Shown: positions 45,794 to 58,452, counted from the stretch's first letter. The stretch: 64,000 nucleotides of DNA from a virus (IMGVR_UViG_3300049063_000065:307-64306); one strand, 5' to 3'. Notes: a model not told the origin generated them from the sequence alone. Numbers and translations are program-made.

Positions 45794-48700
45794 AGCCAAG
45801 TTAATGCTCTTTGAGCCGCTTACGAACTTCTTCAAACGGCGTTACGTCACCCCTGATTTACATCGGCCATCCCTGCCGCGATTTCTTCTATTTCTTTCTT
45901 TGCGGCGTAGAGCCGATCAACCTCTTCCGACAACACCTGGCCATGACGACAAGCGGTTGCGAGCTCCCTCGTCAGCGCTTCGTTCTCATTGATGATGGCA
46001 AGGACGGCGGCGGGCGTAGCCAGTTGTCGGAAGTCGGCAGCTTCGACCGAGTTCCATAGCACCGCTTGCGTACACGCTTCCTTCATCTCCGCTATCCGCT
46101 GTTTCATCTCGTCAGTTGGCATCTCCGCCTCCCTCTCGGCTCACGGTATAAGCGTATTCAGTCCCTCAAGCGGATAGATCTTATGTTCTGGCGCGTCGGT
46201 GAGCATCTCCCCTACGTGCCGCGTACAAGACTCGGTATAGTCGTCCGAGGTGCTGCCGTGGACGATTCGCCATTCGGCATCAGAGCCGCATTGGTAGCCG
46301 GACTTGGGGCCGATGAAACAACAACTATTCGGTTCGTTCGTTTCCATTGGTTTCTCCTTTGTGTTAGTTGGCATTGGAATCCTCACTTAGACCGTTACGA
46401 AAAAGTAAAACGGTTTCACTGGTCTGCCGTTGTCGAAGTCCCGAATAAAGTTGCAGGCGTTATCAGGCGTGTCACCAAAACCGATGCCCTCAACAATCCA
46501 TCGCGATGCGACGTTGACATCGCCCTCCGGCACATTGAAAGTCCGGGTGAGTGCTAGCGCAATCGGGCAATGACTACACGAGTGTAAGCCGTTAGAAATG
46601 TCTTCCTGCGTCACGTTAATTTTTACGCTTCTCACTTTGGAATCTTCACTTATCAGTGCGAAGTTTCTCGTAAAGCGCACGGGCGCTTTCAAGGCACAGG
46701 CGACGCGCGGGAAGCGGTGTAATCTCAAACGCTTCGATAACCTGATCGCTAAACTCAATCAGTCCGTCCAGTACTTCGCGGACTTCTGCAAGTTCAGTGT
46801 CCACGTTACTAGCCAGTCTCAACGCTCCAACCGTCTGTATCGTTTCGCAGTGTCGTTGCGCGATTTGTAGTGCGAGTTTACTTGGCATCAGCTACGTTCT
46901 CCTTCCTGTGCCTCCGGTATTATTACTCGCTTTCGTATCAACGCGCACTCACGGCCAAGTTGTCCGCGCATGACCGCCGCTACCTCCAATTCGCCGTCCG
47001 GTCTTCGTATATTGAAGCGGTATCGCATGGACTTAGACCGCTCAACTGTGTAACCCGTGCCCGTCAGCAGTGCGAGGGCGAAGATTGGAATAGAGTCATT
47101 GTGTCGCGGCATTCGCTCCCTCCGGTTTCACTAAATCGAAGTAGTCAAATTCTTCTTGCGCCTCACAATTAGCTCTACGATGCAAGTCCCGCAAAGGAGA
47201 TTAAACACTCCTGAAATCTTGGCCCACTGGTCATCGGACAACATAAAGTCAACGCAGTAATGATAGTTACAACGCTGGCAGAGACAGCCATTGTCACGCG
47301 GGTCAGAATTACTAGCCGTCACCTTTACTCCCCTTCCTGCGGTATGTCGTCGCGGCGGCGGATTGTCGCTGCCAGTTCATCGCAGACGGCAGCTTGAGCC
47401 TTAAAGCGAGCGATAGTTTCACTGTCCAGCAACGGCGCGAACGCCATTTGTTTTAGCTCCTTTGCGCGACCGCTGACCGCGCGTGTAATCGCTGCCCGCA
47501 CTTCCTGTTCTCGCTGGCGCAGGGCGGCGTCGATTGCGTCAATTAGCCAGTCCTCGCTCTGAAACTGCCAGCACCCAATGGCGACTTGATTTACGATTCC
47601 TACGGCAACTTCCCTGGTACTACTCATTTGGTTTCTCCAAGTGCTGCGCGAGCACGTCTACCGCCGTCCCTGGTTACATCGATCCGAAATGGCCCGGCTG
47701 ATACTTCGTCGGGATCGGCGCGTTGATTCGGTCCTTCGTACTTGCGTGGATCAGCGTAGAATCTCAACGCCTCTCTCAGCGCGTCTCGTTCTCTTTCCAG
47801 TTCAGCGACGGACGTGATGAGCGATTTCATTAACGCAGGGCCGCGCATGTCGAATAGGTAGGCGTCAGCACCGTTCGTAATCTTGCCTTTGGGCGCAACC
47901 TTCGATAACAACGCCTGCGCTTCCCCCGTCTCCGGTGCAGTTGAATTAGATTGAGTGGTCATTGGTCTCCGTTCCGCTTAACGCTTTCTCGACTTCACTC
48001 TTGAACTTCATCAACGCGCCCGCCATGACCGCGATCTTCTTCAAGCACTTGGAGCAACTAACGCCCATCGGGAACATTGGACTACGCGCTCCAATTGCAC
48101 GGTCGCTGGCAATACCGCAGATCGGCCCAAGGCTATCTGAGAAATGAATCACGCGCTTTCGTTTAGCCATTGCTACTCAGCTCCCTCGTCACTGTTTGTT
48201 TTCCTCGTGCCATTGCCGGTCGTCATAACCTCTCCCTCGCACAGTCTCGACACTCGCCCGCGTGCGCCGCCAGTCGCGCTCGTTTATGTCGATCGCAAAG
48301 CAAGTGGAGCTGCGGGAAGTCGTGCGGCGGGGATTGGAGTTCGATCACACGAAGCAGGACGGCATCGGCAAACAGCGCTCGTTGCTCACTGGCGAAGTCC
48401 TCAAGGCCAGAATCAAGCCGCCATTCGTGCGTCATGTCGTCGGGGTGTTGACAGCCTTCATCGATCACGTCCATCAACGCCGCTCTGACCGTCATCGCAT
48501 CAGCCCACAACCTCTGCTCAGTCTGATTCTCAGCCAGCGCCGCATCGCAGGCTGCGTCGATGCGCGCGGCGCGTTCTTCAGGCGACAGGCGATGAAGCGG
48601 ACAGTCGCAGGGGGTCTTCGCCTGTTGTCCTTGCGCTCCGCCGGATTCCGTCGCCAGTTGTGACGACCCGCTAAATACGCCAGCTTGAGCGAGCGTCTTC

Positions 48701-49589
48701 AGTGCCTGCTGTCGCTGTTTGCGCTTGTAGCTGATACTGACCAGTTGCGCCGCCGTTGCCGCAAGGTCGCGAGATTTGTCGCCGGATGGGTAGATACCTC
48801 TATGATCTGTATCGATAACGCAGTACCCTTCGTTGTCCAGCGGGTAAGAGCAGACGCAAAGCACGTTTTCGAAATCGAACTCCTCATCCATGTTAACTTC
48901 CTCTCTTTGTCGCCGCTCGTACTCATCCGCCGCCACGCACATGTCGCAGGGCGTGTCGTTCGGGCCGAGAGTGCAGGTGTCGCTGTCGTGAACACTGCCG
49001 GGCGCGCCGTCGTCTATATCGCTCGGTCGTAACGGCTGTTGTTCCACTTGCCAGTCGCCGCCGTCCACGCGCCATTCGTCGTTGGGTTTGATGTGGGTCA
49101 TAGCGTCTCCTTTAGTCCAGTGGGTAGTAGCTTTTTAACGAGGGCTGAATTTCCCGGATCTTCTCCGTTAGTTCGCCAAGTTCTCCGTTGAGCTTTGCGT
49201 TATAGCTTGCCATCGGCATCTTGGCATACGCCCGGATGACTGCTTTCGCCATGCGCTCCCACAGTTCCAGCTTCGCCTTGTCGCTACTGTAGTCGTCGCT
49301 TATTACGGGCTGCGTCTGTCGTTCGCGTTCAGTCGTCATAACCCTGCCTCCCATCCATTTCAGTCTTCATTAGTCTCCATGTGAATACCCATCCCATCCG
49401 TAATCGCCGCGCTCCACTTCGTTCAAATCCTCATCATCCGATTCAATACTCGACTTGCACTGAGTGCAGAATCCCAGCTCCCGATCCGTCTCCGTTAGCC
49501 CTGCGCGGCAGTTGTCGCAGATCGTGGCGTCGTCATCACGTTCAGTCTGACGTTCGTGGAGCCGGGCGAGCAGGGTGTCAGAATCAAAG

Positions 49590-50021
49590 TCAGCGCTTAC
49601 CATAGAGCACTCCCTTACCCTGTTGGGCCATCGTCACCATTCGCTGCATGTTAGCCAGCGCGTCATACGCCACCTTGCGCACCTTCTCAATTGCCTCTTC
49701 TGGCGTGTTCGCACTCTCGGCCCACTTACCTGCGTAACTGAACGGCTCACCAAGAAAAGCGGTATAGCTCATTGCTTTCCCATAGCGATGAATGGTGATG
49801 TACCAGCAGCCGCTCTTGTCAATAACCGCTGCGTGCCAGCCCATGTTTTCGTGAACGTGCGGCTTCCAGTTTAGACCGAGGCGTTTAGCTACTCTCGCCG
49901 CCAGTGACTTCGCTCGCTCGTAATCCTGAACCTTACATCCGGCACCGCACGCAGAAGCGCAGTAGATATTCCCACGTCTGCGCGGCGTCCATGAAAGTTG
50001 TCGAATAGTCGTCGCCATCAT
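49590..50021 (-). CDS. Phage hypothetical protein (YCASACGAGC)
   Basis: 143 aa; SD aggagagg. Confidence 0.6.
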   Translation of the reverse strand: MMATTIRQLSWTPRRRGNIYCASACGAGCKVQDYERAKSLAARVAKRLGLNWKPHVHENMGWHAAVIDKSGCWYITIHRYGKAMSYTAFLGEPFSYAGKWAESANTPEEAIEKVRKVAYDALANMQRMVTMAQQGKGVLYGKR

Positions 50022-50735
50022 CCTCTCCTTCTCACTCGTCAGGTTGCGCGCGGAACATCGTCAACTTCCCACTCTTTCACCAAGTCCGGCGCGTGAATCA
50101 GAATCCAATTTAACGCTTCGGTAATCGCCCGGCAGTCGCTGTCTTCTCGTTCGTAGGGTTGCCATTTCCCGTTCTGGAACTGACTAAGACTTAACCAACG
50201 TCCGGTTGGGGTTTGGATTATCGGACGAGAAGCTCCGTCGTACAGTATTTCAAATAGTTTCATCGCTTTTCCCTCTTCATTAACGCCGGGGAGTCTTAGT
50301 GCGGCATCTTGCGTTTTGCCATCTGCCCTACCTTGACTACGACCGCGTCTACCAGCCGCTCCAACGGTTCGCGTAGCTGATCCAAAGTGAAGTGCCGCTG
50401 GTCGTTATCGACGGTAGGACATTCACAACTCTCGCAGTGTGATTCGTCTGTATCGTTAGCGGCGAATCCCCGAATCATTTCAAAGGTTTTCAAGTGTCCT
50501 GTGATACCCCACATTCTAACCAGTGATTCAAAGTTCTCAAGGTCGGCGCGTTTAGCGTCCAACAGGTTGCAGCCGCCGTTGTTGTAGATGTCGTAATAGA
50601 CGTTCGACATGGTTCGCAATAGCTCACCGGAATCACTGCCCGCCTCATCTGCGTCCGGCACTAGCTTGGGATACAGGCGGTCATACAGTCTTTGATGTCT
50701 GCCCTTGCCGTTCCAGTAAGTGCCGTGATGACGTC

Positions 50736-50939
50736 TCATTTCTTCCCCTTTGGCCCCGGCTTCGTGCTTCGCTGCATCATCCGGCGCACCTGCTGCTGGC
50801 TGTAATTGAATCCGTTGTACCGTTTCCACGTCAGGCTGATATTCATAGACTTCGCAATCTGGCTCACACGGCTAAGAGACACCCCTAAGAGAGTCGCCGT
50901 CTCCGCTCTCGTGTAGCTTGGCTTCTCCAGTTTCATCAT
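50736..50939 (-). CDS. HTH DNA-binding protein
   Basis: SYTRAETATLLGVSLSRVSQIA; ATG 50939 lies 8 nt after the -10 element. Confidence 0.7.
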   Translation of the reverse strand: MMKLEKPSYTRAETATLLGVSLSRVSQIAKSMNISLTWKRYNGFNYSQQQVRRMMQRSTKPGPKGKK

Positions 50940-50943
50940 GGAA

Positions 50944-50976
50944 AGTAACTCTATCATAGTTACTAACTCTCGTCAA
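50944..50976 (-). promoter_or_regulatory. Sigma70 promoter with overlapping palindrome
   Basis: TTGACG-17-TAGAGT on the minus strand; agtaact-N7-agttact inverted repeat at 50944-50964. Confidence 0.7.
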
Positions 50977-53846
50977 CTAAGAAAATCACCGCCGCAACCA
51001 GCGCAAGATACGCCTCCAAAGCGGCAGCCCAGCATCGCTATTCAGCTTCCACTTCACTACAGCCTCCAGTCTTCGTGTCGTATCCGGGTCTGAGGGGAAG
51101 CGCATGTGGAGGGTCTGATCGTTTTTGCGAGCGGCCAGGAGTTCGGAGACGTTCATGCGTTATCCTCTACTTTCCGCAGATGCTTCTTCAGCCACAGCGC
51201 CGTCTCGTAGTCGCCGCGCTTGAGACAGTAGATCATCATCGTGAAGACGTGTTCGTAGGCGTCTCTCTGATGATCTCTGATGCGGTCGTGGGAGAGGTCG
51301 AGACGAGGGCGGTTGAGTTGACCGTTCACGCCTAGCGCTCCTCTCCGCACCACTTACAGCATTGGTAAACCCTGAACGTAATCGAACAGTAATTCTCGTA
51401 GTCGTGACCCTGTTCCTCGCAGCGCTCTTTCATGGCTTCGATTACGTCTGATCTCGACAGCAGTTCTCGAATCCTTTCGGCACGTTCTTCGACTGCGAGA
51501 GGCATCACTCCCGTCCTTTCACGAGCGCGAGGGCGGCGCGCACGATTTCTATTACCGGCCACGCCTTGGCGCCGGGAATCCACGGATGCTGCTCGCTGTC
51601 GAGGGGTATCAACTTTCCTCTTACTACGTTGGCTCCAGACTTGGCATCCTCAAAGAATGCCGCCTCAACCGCTTCGAGTGCCGCGACGAGCTTCGGGACT
51701 ACGTTGTGGTTGGAGACGATTTGCGCGGCGTACTTGCGCTTGACTTGCCCGATCCATTCCATGCCCGCTTTGATCGTTGCCTCTCCGTCCTCTCGTGAGC
51801 TTTCAGACGCGACGTGCCACTCCTCGCCAGTATCCGGTTCGGGCAGAGGCGCACACGTACACGGATAGCCAAGTCGTGAATCACAGTTCAGTACGTGCGT
51901 CTCCGTCGTTGTCGTCTCACTCATCTGCTTTCCTCGTTTCTGTCTGATACGTCGAATCTCCTGCTCCGTCGCCTCGTCTTCAATCACGTCCGCGTCATCT
52001 GACTTCATGGTTGTACTCCTTCGTGATCGCTCAGATCCTTGCCGTAGTTCGGTGACTGCGTATCGAAGTAGCCGTTCGTCCGCAACCGCTTCTCAATCTC
52101 GTAACAGGCCATCGCTGCTTCCACGTAGGCGTCACGGCTTGCCGTAAAGTCAAACCCCGGATGCGCGTACACGGTTTTTAGGATCGGGAACGGGCCGCCC
52201 TTGCCCCGACTTAACCAGCCGCGCTTCACGTACTTGTTCAATTGGTACAAGTCTGATTTCGATAACTGGCCGACGTCGGTGACTGTCTCGACAAGAGCGC
52301 GTCTGACGATTTCCGGCAGTTCTGATGGTTTCATGGGGTTACTCTCCGTTCTAATGGCGTCGTTCCCGCTCATTCCAGCCTATCTAAGCGATTTCTACCC
52401 CTCGTTTGACCTCGGACACGGTGAAATGCGTCTGAGAGGCTCTATTCGCCGGATTCCCCATCTCGCGCCTGTCTGAGCGCCTCAACCCGTCCCACAGCCT
52501 CCTCCAGCCCTTGGAACCCGCCCGAACGTCGCATCTGATCTCTGTCATAGTTGCAATTATTCATCGCAATCAGGAGCTTCGCGGCTTCGAGGACGTCAAG
52601 TAGGGCGGTGTGGCTGGCGATTACGGGCAAATCTGATTGCAAGTCTGGTTGTTTGTGTTCCGTTAACGATTGATTCATTTTGCGCTCCTATGCCCCGCCT
52701 CGTGCTTGAGTCAGGGCGGCGTCAATCATCGCAATTGCCTTCGCCGTGGCCGGATCGTCGTCATAGAGCACGTTACGCGCTTGTTCCAACGCCGCAACCA
52801 GGGATTTGTGCGAGTTGACAGCGGTTAATACAAACTCTTCCCGCTTGTCCATCTGCTCGTTACTGAACGTGCCGATTGCGGAAGTCAGAGTCATAACTAT
52901 GCGGCCCTTGTTGTCTTTTAGGTGCATTCCGGTACTTGTCCACGGCAGGGCTAGATCGTGTTCCCCGCCCACCGCTTGGCTTGGCTGCGCGGGGTCTGAT
53001 GATTTCTCCGGTATTCGATGTTGAGACTTGGAATAGCCGCAGTCCGGCATCCCGCAGAGTCGTACGTTGTAATCGTCCTGAGGTACGAAACCGTGATCTG
53101 TTATCAGCACATCATCCCGCAGACCGTCTAACATCGCAGCAATCAATTCCCGCTCACCATAAGCAGCGGCGATCCGACTCGGAAAGGTGGGTCGTGACTC
53201 TTCGGGACGCGGATCGCAGACGATGCGCCACTTCTTATCGGGATAGTTACGACTCACGCAGCCGACCGCGCCTGATGGATAACGAAGGTTATCGATGTAC
53301 CATCCGCCGTGTCGCCACGGTGAGAACTGAGGCTCCCATTGTTGCGCGGTCGCGTCGTCGCGCGTTGTTGCCGTCTTTGTTGTGCCTATGGTCATGATTG
53401 CTCCTGTTCTATCTCCAGTTGTTGCCTTGCCGTCTTAACCGCGCTCGACGTAACTGGATAACCCTCGCGTAGTAGTTCCTCTAGTGCCGATAAGACAGCA
53501 TCGTATCCGTCGTTAAGAATTACTAACCGTTCAAGTTGGCTTAAAAGTAGCTGTCGATTCATCACTTTTCAATTCTCCTTTCTGTCAGTGGTAATCAGCT
53601 CGCCTCTCGCGGCAACTCAATAAAATCCCCTAACACCGCCCGGCTTCTCATCGTCAGCGGATCAACTCCTGTCGCCAGTTTGCGTTCGCCGGCCAGTTCC
53701 AGGACCGCGGTTGACAGCACTTCGACTTGAGCGAGGAGCTTGAGCGTCACTTGTCGCCGGGCCGTCTCGTCGCCTTCGGTTAGCGCGTAGAATGCTTCAC
53801 GCGCGGTTAATGATTTGCTTGTCATGGTCCAATCGTCCTTTCAGTT

Positions 53847-54362
53847 TTAATCAACACAGCACGCCACGCCGCGCGTATACACCGAATCCAACTGCTCGCC
53901 GTCGCTCAACTTCTCGCGCGGCACCAGCCACAGCGCACAGCCGCGCGGATCTGATTGATGGTAGTAGGTCAACTCCGGGTAGCGAACCATGATCTTCTCC
54001 AGCCGCTTCAACGCACCTTTTTCACGATCGGCGGTTGGCGTGCGAGTCATTCGATCCGGCCATTGACCGTGACCGTAGACGTGGTTGACGAAATACGGCT
54101 TCCCGGTCTCATCGTCACGTTCAATCGCCCACGATCCGTGCTCATTGCCGTCGCCGCATTCGAGTTCGGCCCAACGGTGCAGCGCGCGCTCGATCAGTCT
54201 TAGTTTATCGGCGTCCTCGATTGACACGCCGATCTTCTCTAACGACCGGAAATACCTGGCCGTTTTGGTTGCTTTGGTTTCTCTCATTGTTCTGATTCTC
54301 CTTGCTGTTTTGTACTCGCCCAAGTCTGGTTTTTTTTTACACCGTAGTCCGCAACCCTTCAA
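53847..54362 (-). CDS. Phage hypothetical protein (QSDPRG motif)
   Basis: LHRWAELECG...YHQSDPRGCALW; real start probably internal (MRET). Confidence 0.6.
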   Translation of the reverse strand: MKGCGLRCKKKPDLGEYKTARRIRTMRETKATKTARYFRSLEKIGVSIEDADKLRLIERALHRWAELECGDGNEHGSWAIERDDETGKPYFVNHVYGHGQWPDRMTRTPTADREKGALKRLEKIMVRYPELTYYHQSDPRGCALWLVPREKLSDGEQLDSVYTRGVACCVD

Positions 54363-54845
54363 TCATCTCCGCAAAAGTAGGACTACCGTCTCTTAATTGC
54401 GCAACTTGCGCGCCGTCTGGGTCAGTGGTTACCGCAACTCTCTCAACCGTGGTGCTGTACGTCTCGATATGTTCCTCATTGACGAGGAACACCACTTCAA
54501 GATCACCAGGGAGCGCTTGCAGTTGTTCGATCAGCTGACTCACTTTCATTGTTTTAGCCTTTCTCCAGTGTTTACCCGGTTATGCAAGTGGGTTGTGCGC
54601 TTATCTCAACGCCTCAGACGCGGCATCATAGGCCGCCTGTGCGTTCGGGAATACTTGCCCGCACTCTTTGCAGTGCGCCTCACCATAAGACGGCGCAAAT
54701 AGCCAACCATGTGTACAGATGCCTTTTCGTTTCAGCGCGGCAGCACGATTGCCAGCGTTAACCAGCGCGGCCATTTCAATGTCGGCATCCTGAAATCCAT
54801 TTGGTAGTTCGTTATCGTAGTAGTTCATCGTCATCTCTCCCTTTC

Positions 54846-55142
54846 CCCGTCTCAGTTATCTGAAACATGCGCTACCAAAGCTGTACAGCGTCGTTGTACG
54901 CCCGTCTCGCCGTCTCCCAAACTTCGCGACGAATATCGTCAGAGCTTTGTCCGTTTTCTGCGGCGGTGTCACCTCGTAATTCCCAGAACTCTTCTGAATG
55001 CTTATCCGTGAAGCCGTAGTGGTTGGTAGCGCAAAGCAGTTGACCTAAAGCCTTAAGAGCCTCTTCTAGTGCCTGTTCGCGCGTAACTAACACTTCCATA
55101 ATTGTCGTGTCCATGCCGTTTTCTCCTCCCGTCTCAGTTATC
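54846..55142. repeat. 15-bp direct repeat upstream of two consecutive genes
   Basis: cccgtctcagttatc at 54846-54860 and 55128-55142. Confidence 0.8.
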
Positions 55143-55673
55143 AATTCCAACCCTTAGTAACCAAGCTAATCTAGAACTTCCTGTGCGTCGTACTCGTCGC
55201 GTTCGCCGATGTCTTCAAACATTTCCCGTGCGTCCACGTCGTGAGAACGGCATTCCTGAATTGCTCGCTGTTTGGTAATTACTTCACCCTCTGCGCTTTC
55301 ATAGTAGGTCATTACCGTATCTCCTCTTCGTGTTTCAATCGATGCGTGGGCATCCTACTTTCGCTAATCAACAAATATCTTCTTACCCTTGACCGTGAAC
55401 CACGTTGACGCCGCGTTGCCGTAACATGTCGCGTACAGGCGATATTCCTTACCGTTGAAGTTGATCTTGCGAGGCGTGGTCAACCTTGCGCCGTATCCGC
55501 TCGCTGTCTGTGTTAGTCCTTGTTTCTGCCATGCTAACGGCGCGTCAATTAGTTCATCCGGCGAGGCAAGCAACCCTTGATGTCCTGCCCACGGTTGCAA
55601 ATCGCTATCCGTGAATATCTTTGTCATTTTGTTTTTTTTCAACCTTTCCTTATCGATCAAATCGAACAAACGC

Positions 55674-55745
55674 ACTCTACTCCTCTTAGTTTTACCTGTC
55701 AAGCAAATAATCGCTATTGACAAGAATTATTTTAATGGGTAGATT
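55674..55745. promoter_or_regulatory. Divergent sigma70 promoters at the main strand switch
   Basis: Plus strand TTGACA(55717)-17-TAGATT, then GTG 55752; minus strand TTGACA(55702)-17-TAGAGT. Confidence 0.8.
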
Positions 55746-55751
55746 GTCCGT

Positions 55752-55985
55752 GTGAAACTACTGACGGTAACAGAAGCAGCGGCAATGAAAGGCGTGACGA
55801 AGCAGGCGATCCATGCGGCGATCAAGGCCGGACGCTTGCCAATAGTGACGATTCAATTGCCGGTGGTGCGGATTGACAGCGAGGATCTAAGACGATTCCA
55901 GGTTAATCGAAACATGCAAAACACTGGTAGACCAGCTCGCGCCAATGGACATAAGGGCGGTAGGCCGCGAAGGGGTGAGAAATGA
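55752..55985 (+). CDS. Excisionase-like HTH DNA-binding protein
   Basis: LLTVTEAAAMKGVTKQAIHAAIKAGRL; C-terminal NGHKGGRPR. Confidence 0.8.
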   Translation: MKLLTVTEAAAMKGVTKQAIHAAIKAGRLPIVTIQLPVVRIDSEDLRRFQVNRNMQNTGRPARANGHKGGRPRRGEK

Positions 55986-56227
55986 AGTTATACGAACAAG
56001 CGCGCAAGATGTCATTAAAAGAAGAGGCATCGGAAATGACACGACAGCAAGCTAGGGAATTTGGCGCGATATCCGTCAAGGAATTTAAGACAGGCAAAAT
56101 AGAAGCAGTCTTTACAAGCCTTAGAACAATGGCGGAATTTCGCTCCGAGTTATCTAGGCGGAACATTCAGTTTACCGATCACTTTGCAATGGCAGGCAGG
56201 GCGTTAAAGTTTAAGTGGACAAACTAG
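55982..56227 (+). CDS. Hypothetical protein
   Basis: ATGA-coupled to the HTH gene. Confidence 0.55.
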   Translation: MKLYEQARKMSLKEEASEMTRQQAREFGAISVKEFKTGKIEAVFTSLRTMAEFRSELSRRNIQFTDHFAMAGRALKFKWTN

Positions 56228-56233
56228 CAAGGC

Positions 56234-56307
56234 CGTATCCGGTTAGTCACGATAGGCGCACCGCCTTCCAGCGAGGGTCAAAGGCCGACAACCGCTAACC
56301 GGATACG
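56234..56307. repeat. 13-bp perfect inverted repeat in intergenic DNA
   Basis: cgtatccggttag (56234-56246) / ctaaccggatacg (56295-56307). Confidence 0.8.
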
Positions 56308-56369
56308 CTGTTTCGATATTAAATCGCCGTCACCGCAGCAAACCCACGCGCCAGGTGAAGGATTGAGAA

Positions 56370-56648
56370 ATGATGAGCGCACGACGTACACTTGAATCAA
56401 CCGGCTTACTGCCTACCGTAGTCGCGGCAGACGTGCTGCATCAGATTGGAATCGACGATGAGACGCTTATCGACTACGTTGAGCGAAAGACTGAAAGCGC
56501 CTACCAGCATAGTGATCACTTTCGCCGTGGCCTACATAGCGCCGATCCGCGCGCGTGGTATCGCATGTGGGTTGAACACTGGATTAAGGGTGAACATGGC
56601 CGCAGAGAGAAACGCAGGCGACTGGAGGTCGCGCATGACCAACAGTAA
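56370..56648 (+). CDS. Hypothetical protein
   Basis: 92 aa with purine-rich upstream sequence. Confidence 0.55.
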   Translation: MMSARRTLESTGLLPTVVAADVLHQIGIDDETLIDYVERKTESAYQHSDHFRRGLHSADPRAWYRMWVEHWIKGEHGRREKRRRLEVAHDQQ

Positions 56649-56995
56649 TACTTTAAACGTAGGCGACTACGTTCGCTGCTACGGCGATAAGCGATGCGCG
56701 CAACTAATTGGCGAAGTTGTCAGTATCGCGCGCGTGAATATCAAGGTGCGCAGTTACTACAATCCCGGCGGACTACAAGCGCCAATTGAGCAAATCCACA
56801 AGGTTGCCAGAACTGACATTCAGGAAGTGAGACACGTATGAAAGACCTACTCGAAACCACCACCACGATCGCCCTTGCAATCGCCTTAATCGCCACTACC
56901 TACCTTACTCTCGGCGCGTGGTTAACAAGCTTGATCACTGGGCAATTCGATAACCTGGCGCAATTACTACCGTAGATCATAGTAATATCCCACTT

Positions 56996-57211
56996 ATGAG
57001 CACGGCAGACGCACTCACTACCGCGCAAGCGATAATCGACAGCGTAATGGATATTCGTCCGTCGCTGAAAGGTAAGACCGTTACTAGGGTGGAGCGCGGA
57101 CCATTGACTGAACCACCAACCGCCCGAGTAAAGTTCAGCGATGGCAGTGAAGTGCGTTTTAGCGGGTTGTACGCTCGGCAAATCCTCAAACACTTACCTA
57201 CCGTGTTATAA
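56996..57211 (+). CDS. Hypothetical protein
   Basis: 71 aa directly upstream of terS. Confidence 0.5.
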   Translation: MSTADALTTAQAIIDSVMDIRPSLKGKTVTRVERGPLTEPPTARVKFSDGSEVRFSGLYARQILKHLPTVL

Positions 57212-57220
57212 TCTTCACTT

Positions 57221-57757
57221 ATGAGTACTACTCTAGACCCGCAAACTATTGAATCTACAGGGTTTACAGACTACGATGACTACACCTTCGAGGGAGACGA
57301 TGGGACAGTAGAGAAGAAACGCAGGGTAGTCGAAGGTTATCGAATCAAGGCATCCCTTTACCATGCAGCTCAATATGCCGGATGCGCACGGGCCTCGATC
57401 TACCGCTGGATGGAACGTGATATTGAATTTGCCCAAGCGATAGCAGATGCTCATGAGGACAGTGCCGACATCATGGAAACCTCGGTATATGAGCGTGCCT
57501 TCAATGACAATCTACTGGCTATGTTCTGGCTCAAGGCTCATCGCCATAAGTTCCGAGATAAGACCACTATTGACATCACTGTAGTCCAGGGTGAGATTAA
57601 TGAACGGATGCAGCAACTAGGATTGAAACAGTTACCGGCTATTACTACGGAGTTTATCAACACCAGTGAGGAGTCTATTACTGCTGTTCCTGTTGATAGT
57701 ACCGCTACCCGTGCTGCAAATCCCCTTCCCGAGCGAGAATCAGCAAAAAAGGAATAG
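57221..57757 (+). CDS. terS: Terminase small subunit (HTH type)
   Basis: AAQYAGCARASIYRWMERDIEFAQA...LAMFWLKAHRHKFRD; upstream of terL; TGtTATAAT 8 nt before ATG. Confidence 0.75.
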   Translation: MSTTLDPQTIESTGFTDYDDYTFEGDDGTVEKKRRVVEGYRIKASLYHAAQYAGCARASIYRWMERDIEFAQAIADAHEDSADIMETSVYERAFNDNLLAMFWLKAHRHKFRDKTTIDITVVQGEINERMQQLGLKQLPAITTEFINTSEESITAVPVDSTATRAANPLPERESAKKE

Positions 57758-58188
57758 AGGATATAGGTAGTTGCGGCGGTAGTAGGTGGCTGTTACTACC
57801 ACGCTCTATCCCTGCCTGTATCACGCCTCATCGTGCCCCGTTATGCCGCAATTGTCGGCACTCTGACATCACACCTATTACATTAAGGGACGATTTATAA
57901 CTACTACTATGCGCTGTGGTTATAGGTGAGTGTGAGCCGTCGCCCTGATCGCCCTTTTACATTGTACAACCGTTGTAATAAGTACAATCGCCTTGACGTG
58001 TGGTGATTACAACAACCAGGACCGGCGACGACGACTGCGATGTACCCCCATGCCGGGAAGTGACTTGTTTGTGGTGAAGAGGGGCGGGGCAGACCAGATC
58101 CACGCACTCCGTCTTGACTAAGGTTTAACAGCGCTTAACACGACTAATGCTGAAGTCAAATTTTTAGTAGTTCAATTCGACAAAAAGG

Positions 58189-58452
58189 TTAAATAAAGTG
58201 TTGTTTGGCGAGTTCGGACTCATGGATATAACAACGGAAGCCGTTTAGCTCGTCAGCCACTGAAATGTAGTCTCCGCCGTCTAGGCCGACTACTTGGCGC
58301 TCTCCTTCAGGGGTTTCCACTAGCGCCCAACAGGTCAAGGCGGCGTCTACGTAGCCGGACGGGTCGTTAGGATCATCATAACGAGCGAACCAGCCCATTG
58401 CGGGAACGATTTGAACTATCTTATCGTCGATTGCCATTTTAGTTTTGGTCAC
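58189..58452 (-). CDS. Hypothetical protein antisense between terS and terL
   Basis: IVQIVPAMGWFARY...CWALVE...VVGL. Confidence 0.6.
   Translation of the reverse strand: MTKTKMAIDDKIVQIVPAMGWFARYDDPNDPSGYVDAALTCWALVETPEGERQVVGLDGGDYISVADELNGFRCYIHESELAKQHFI

Larger units (their letters stand above)
42774..55723 (-). other. Cluster of about 35 small minus-strand early/accessory hypothetical genes
   Basis: Dense chain of 60-380 aa ORFs with overlapping stop/start codons and purine-rich SDs; functions mostly unrecognised. Confidence 0.75.
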
